This document shows, piece by piece, positions 63,963 to 64,000 of a stretch of 64,000 bases of DNA. The notes beneath the pieces are model-generated. The model did no database searches and was not told the origin of the DNA. It saw only the letters and a list, made by a program, of their open reading frames with translations. A program made the translations under genes and the position numbers. Source of the DNA: Octopus vulgaris. Lineage: Eukaryota. Each line of letters starts with the position of its first letter. The first letter of the stretch is position 1. Where the stretch lies: positions 118,420,001 to 118,484,000 of the forward strand of contig OX597821.1 in the NCBI GenBank assembly GCA_951406725.2, written 5' to 3'.

Positions 63963-64000
63963 ATTATTGCCCCACATCAAACCAAATTACCCATTGTTTC

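Overview
AT-rich, microsatellite-dense eukaryotic DNA. The SINE, LINE and Penelope families look like those of octopus (cephalopod) genomes; this taxon call is inference from repeat recognition. Most of the window is decayed transposable elements: CR1-like, RTE, R4/Dong-type and Tx1/L1-like LINEs, Penelope-like elements, four mariners plus a MITE, hAT remnants, non-autonomous Helitrons and tRNA-derived SINEs. Three things are hidden among them. (1) A two-exon minus-strand gene (41990-41942 joined to 37306-37068) encodes a 95-aa secreted, His/aromatic-rich, galaxin-like dicysteine peptide. A tandem paralog has exon 1 at 4144-4096 and its exon 2 probably lies left of the window. (2) Both paralogs keep an upstream module with near-perfect NF-kB-type, GAS/STAT-like, CSL and octamer motifs, suggesting an immune-inducible peptide cluster. 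(3) Several type I hammerhead ribozyme motifs sit in Penelope-type terminal repeats and small non-coding units, including a U3-A8 core variant. Most short ORFs in the track are microsatellite artefacts. All alignments and folds were done by eye.
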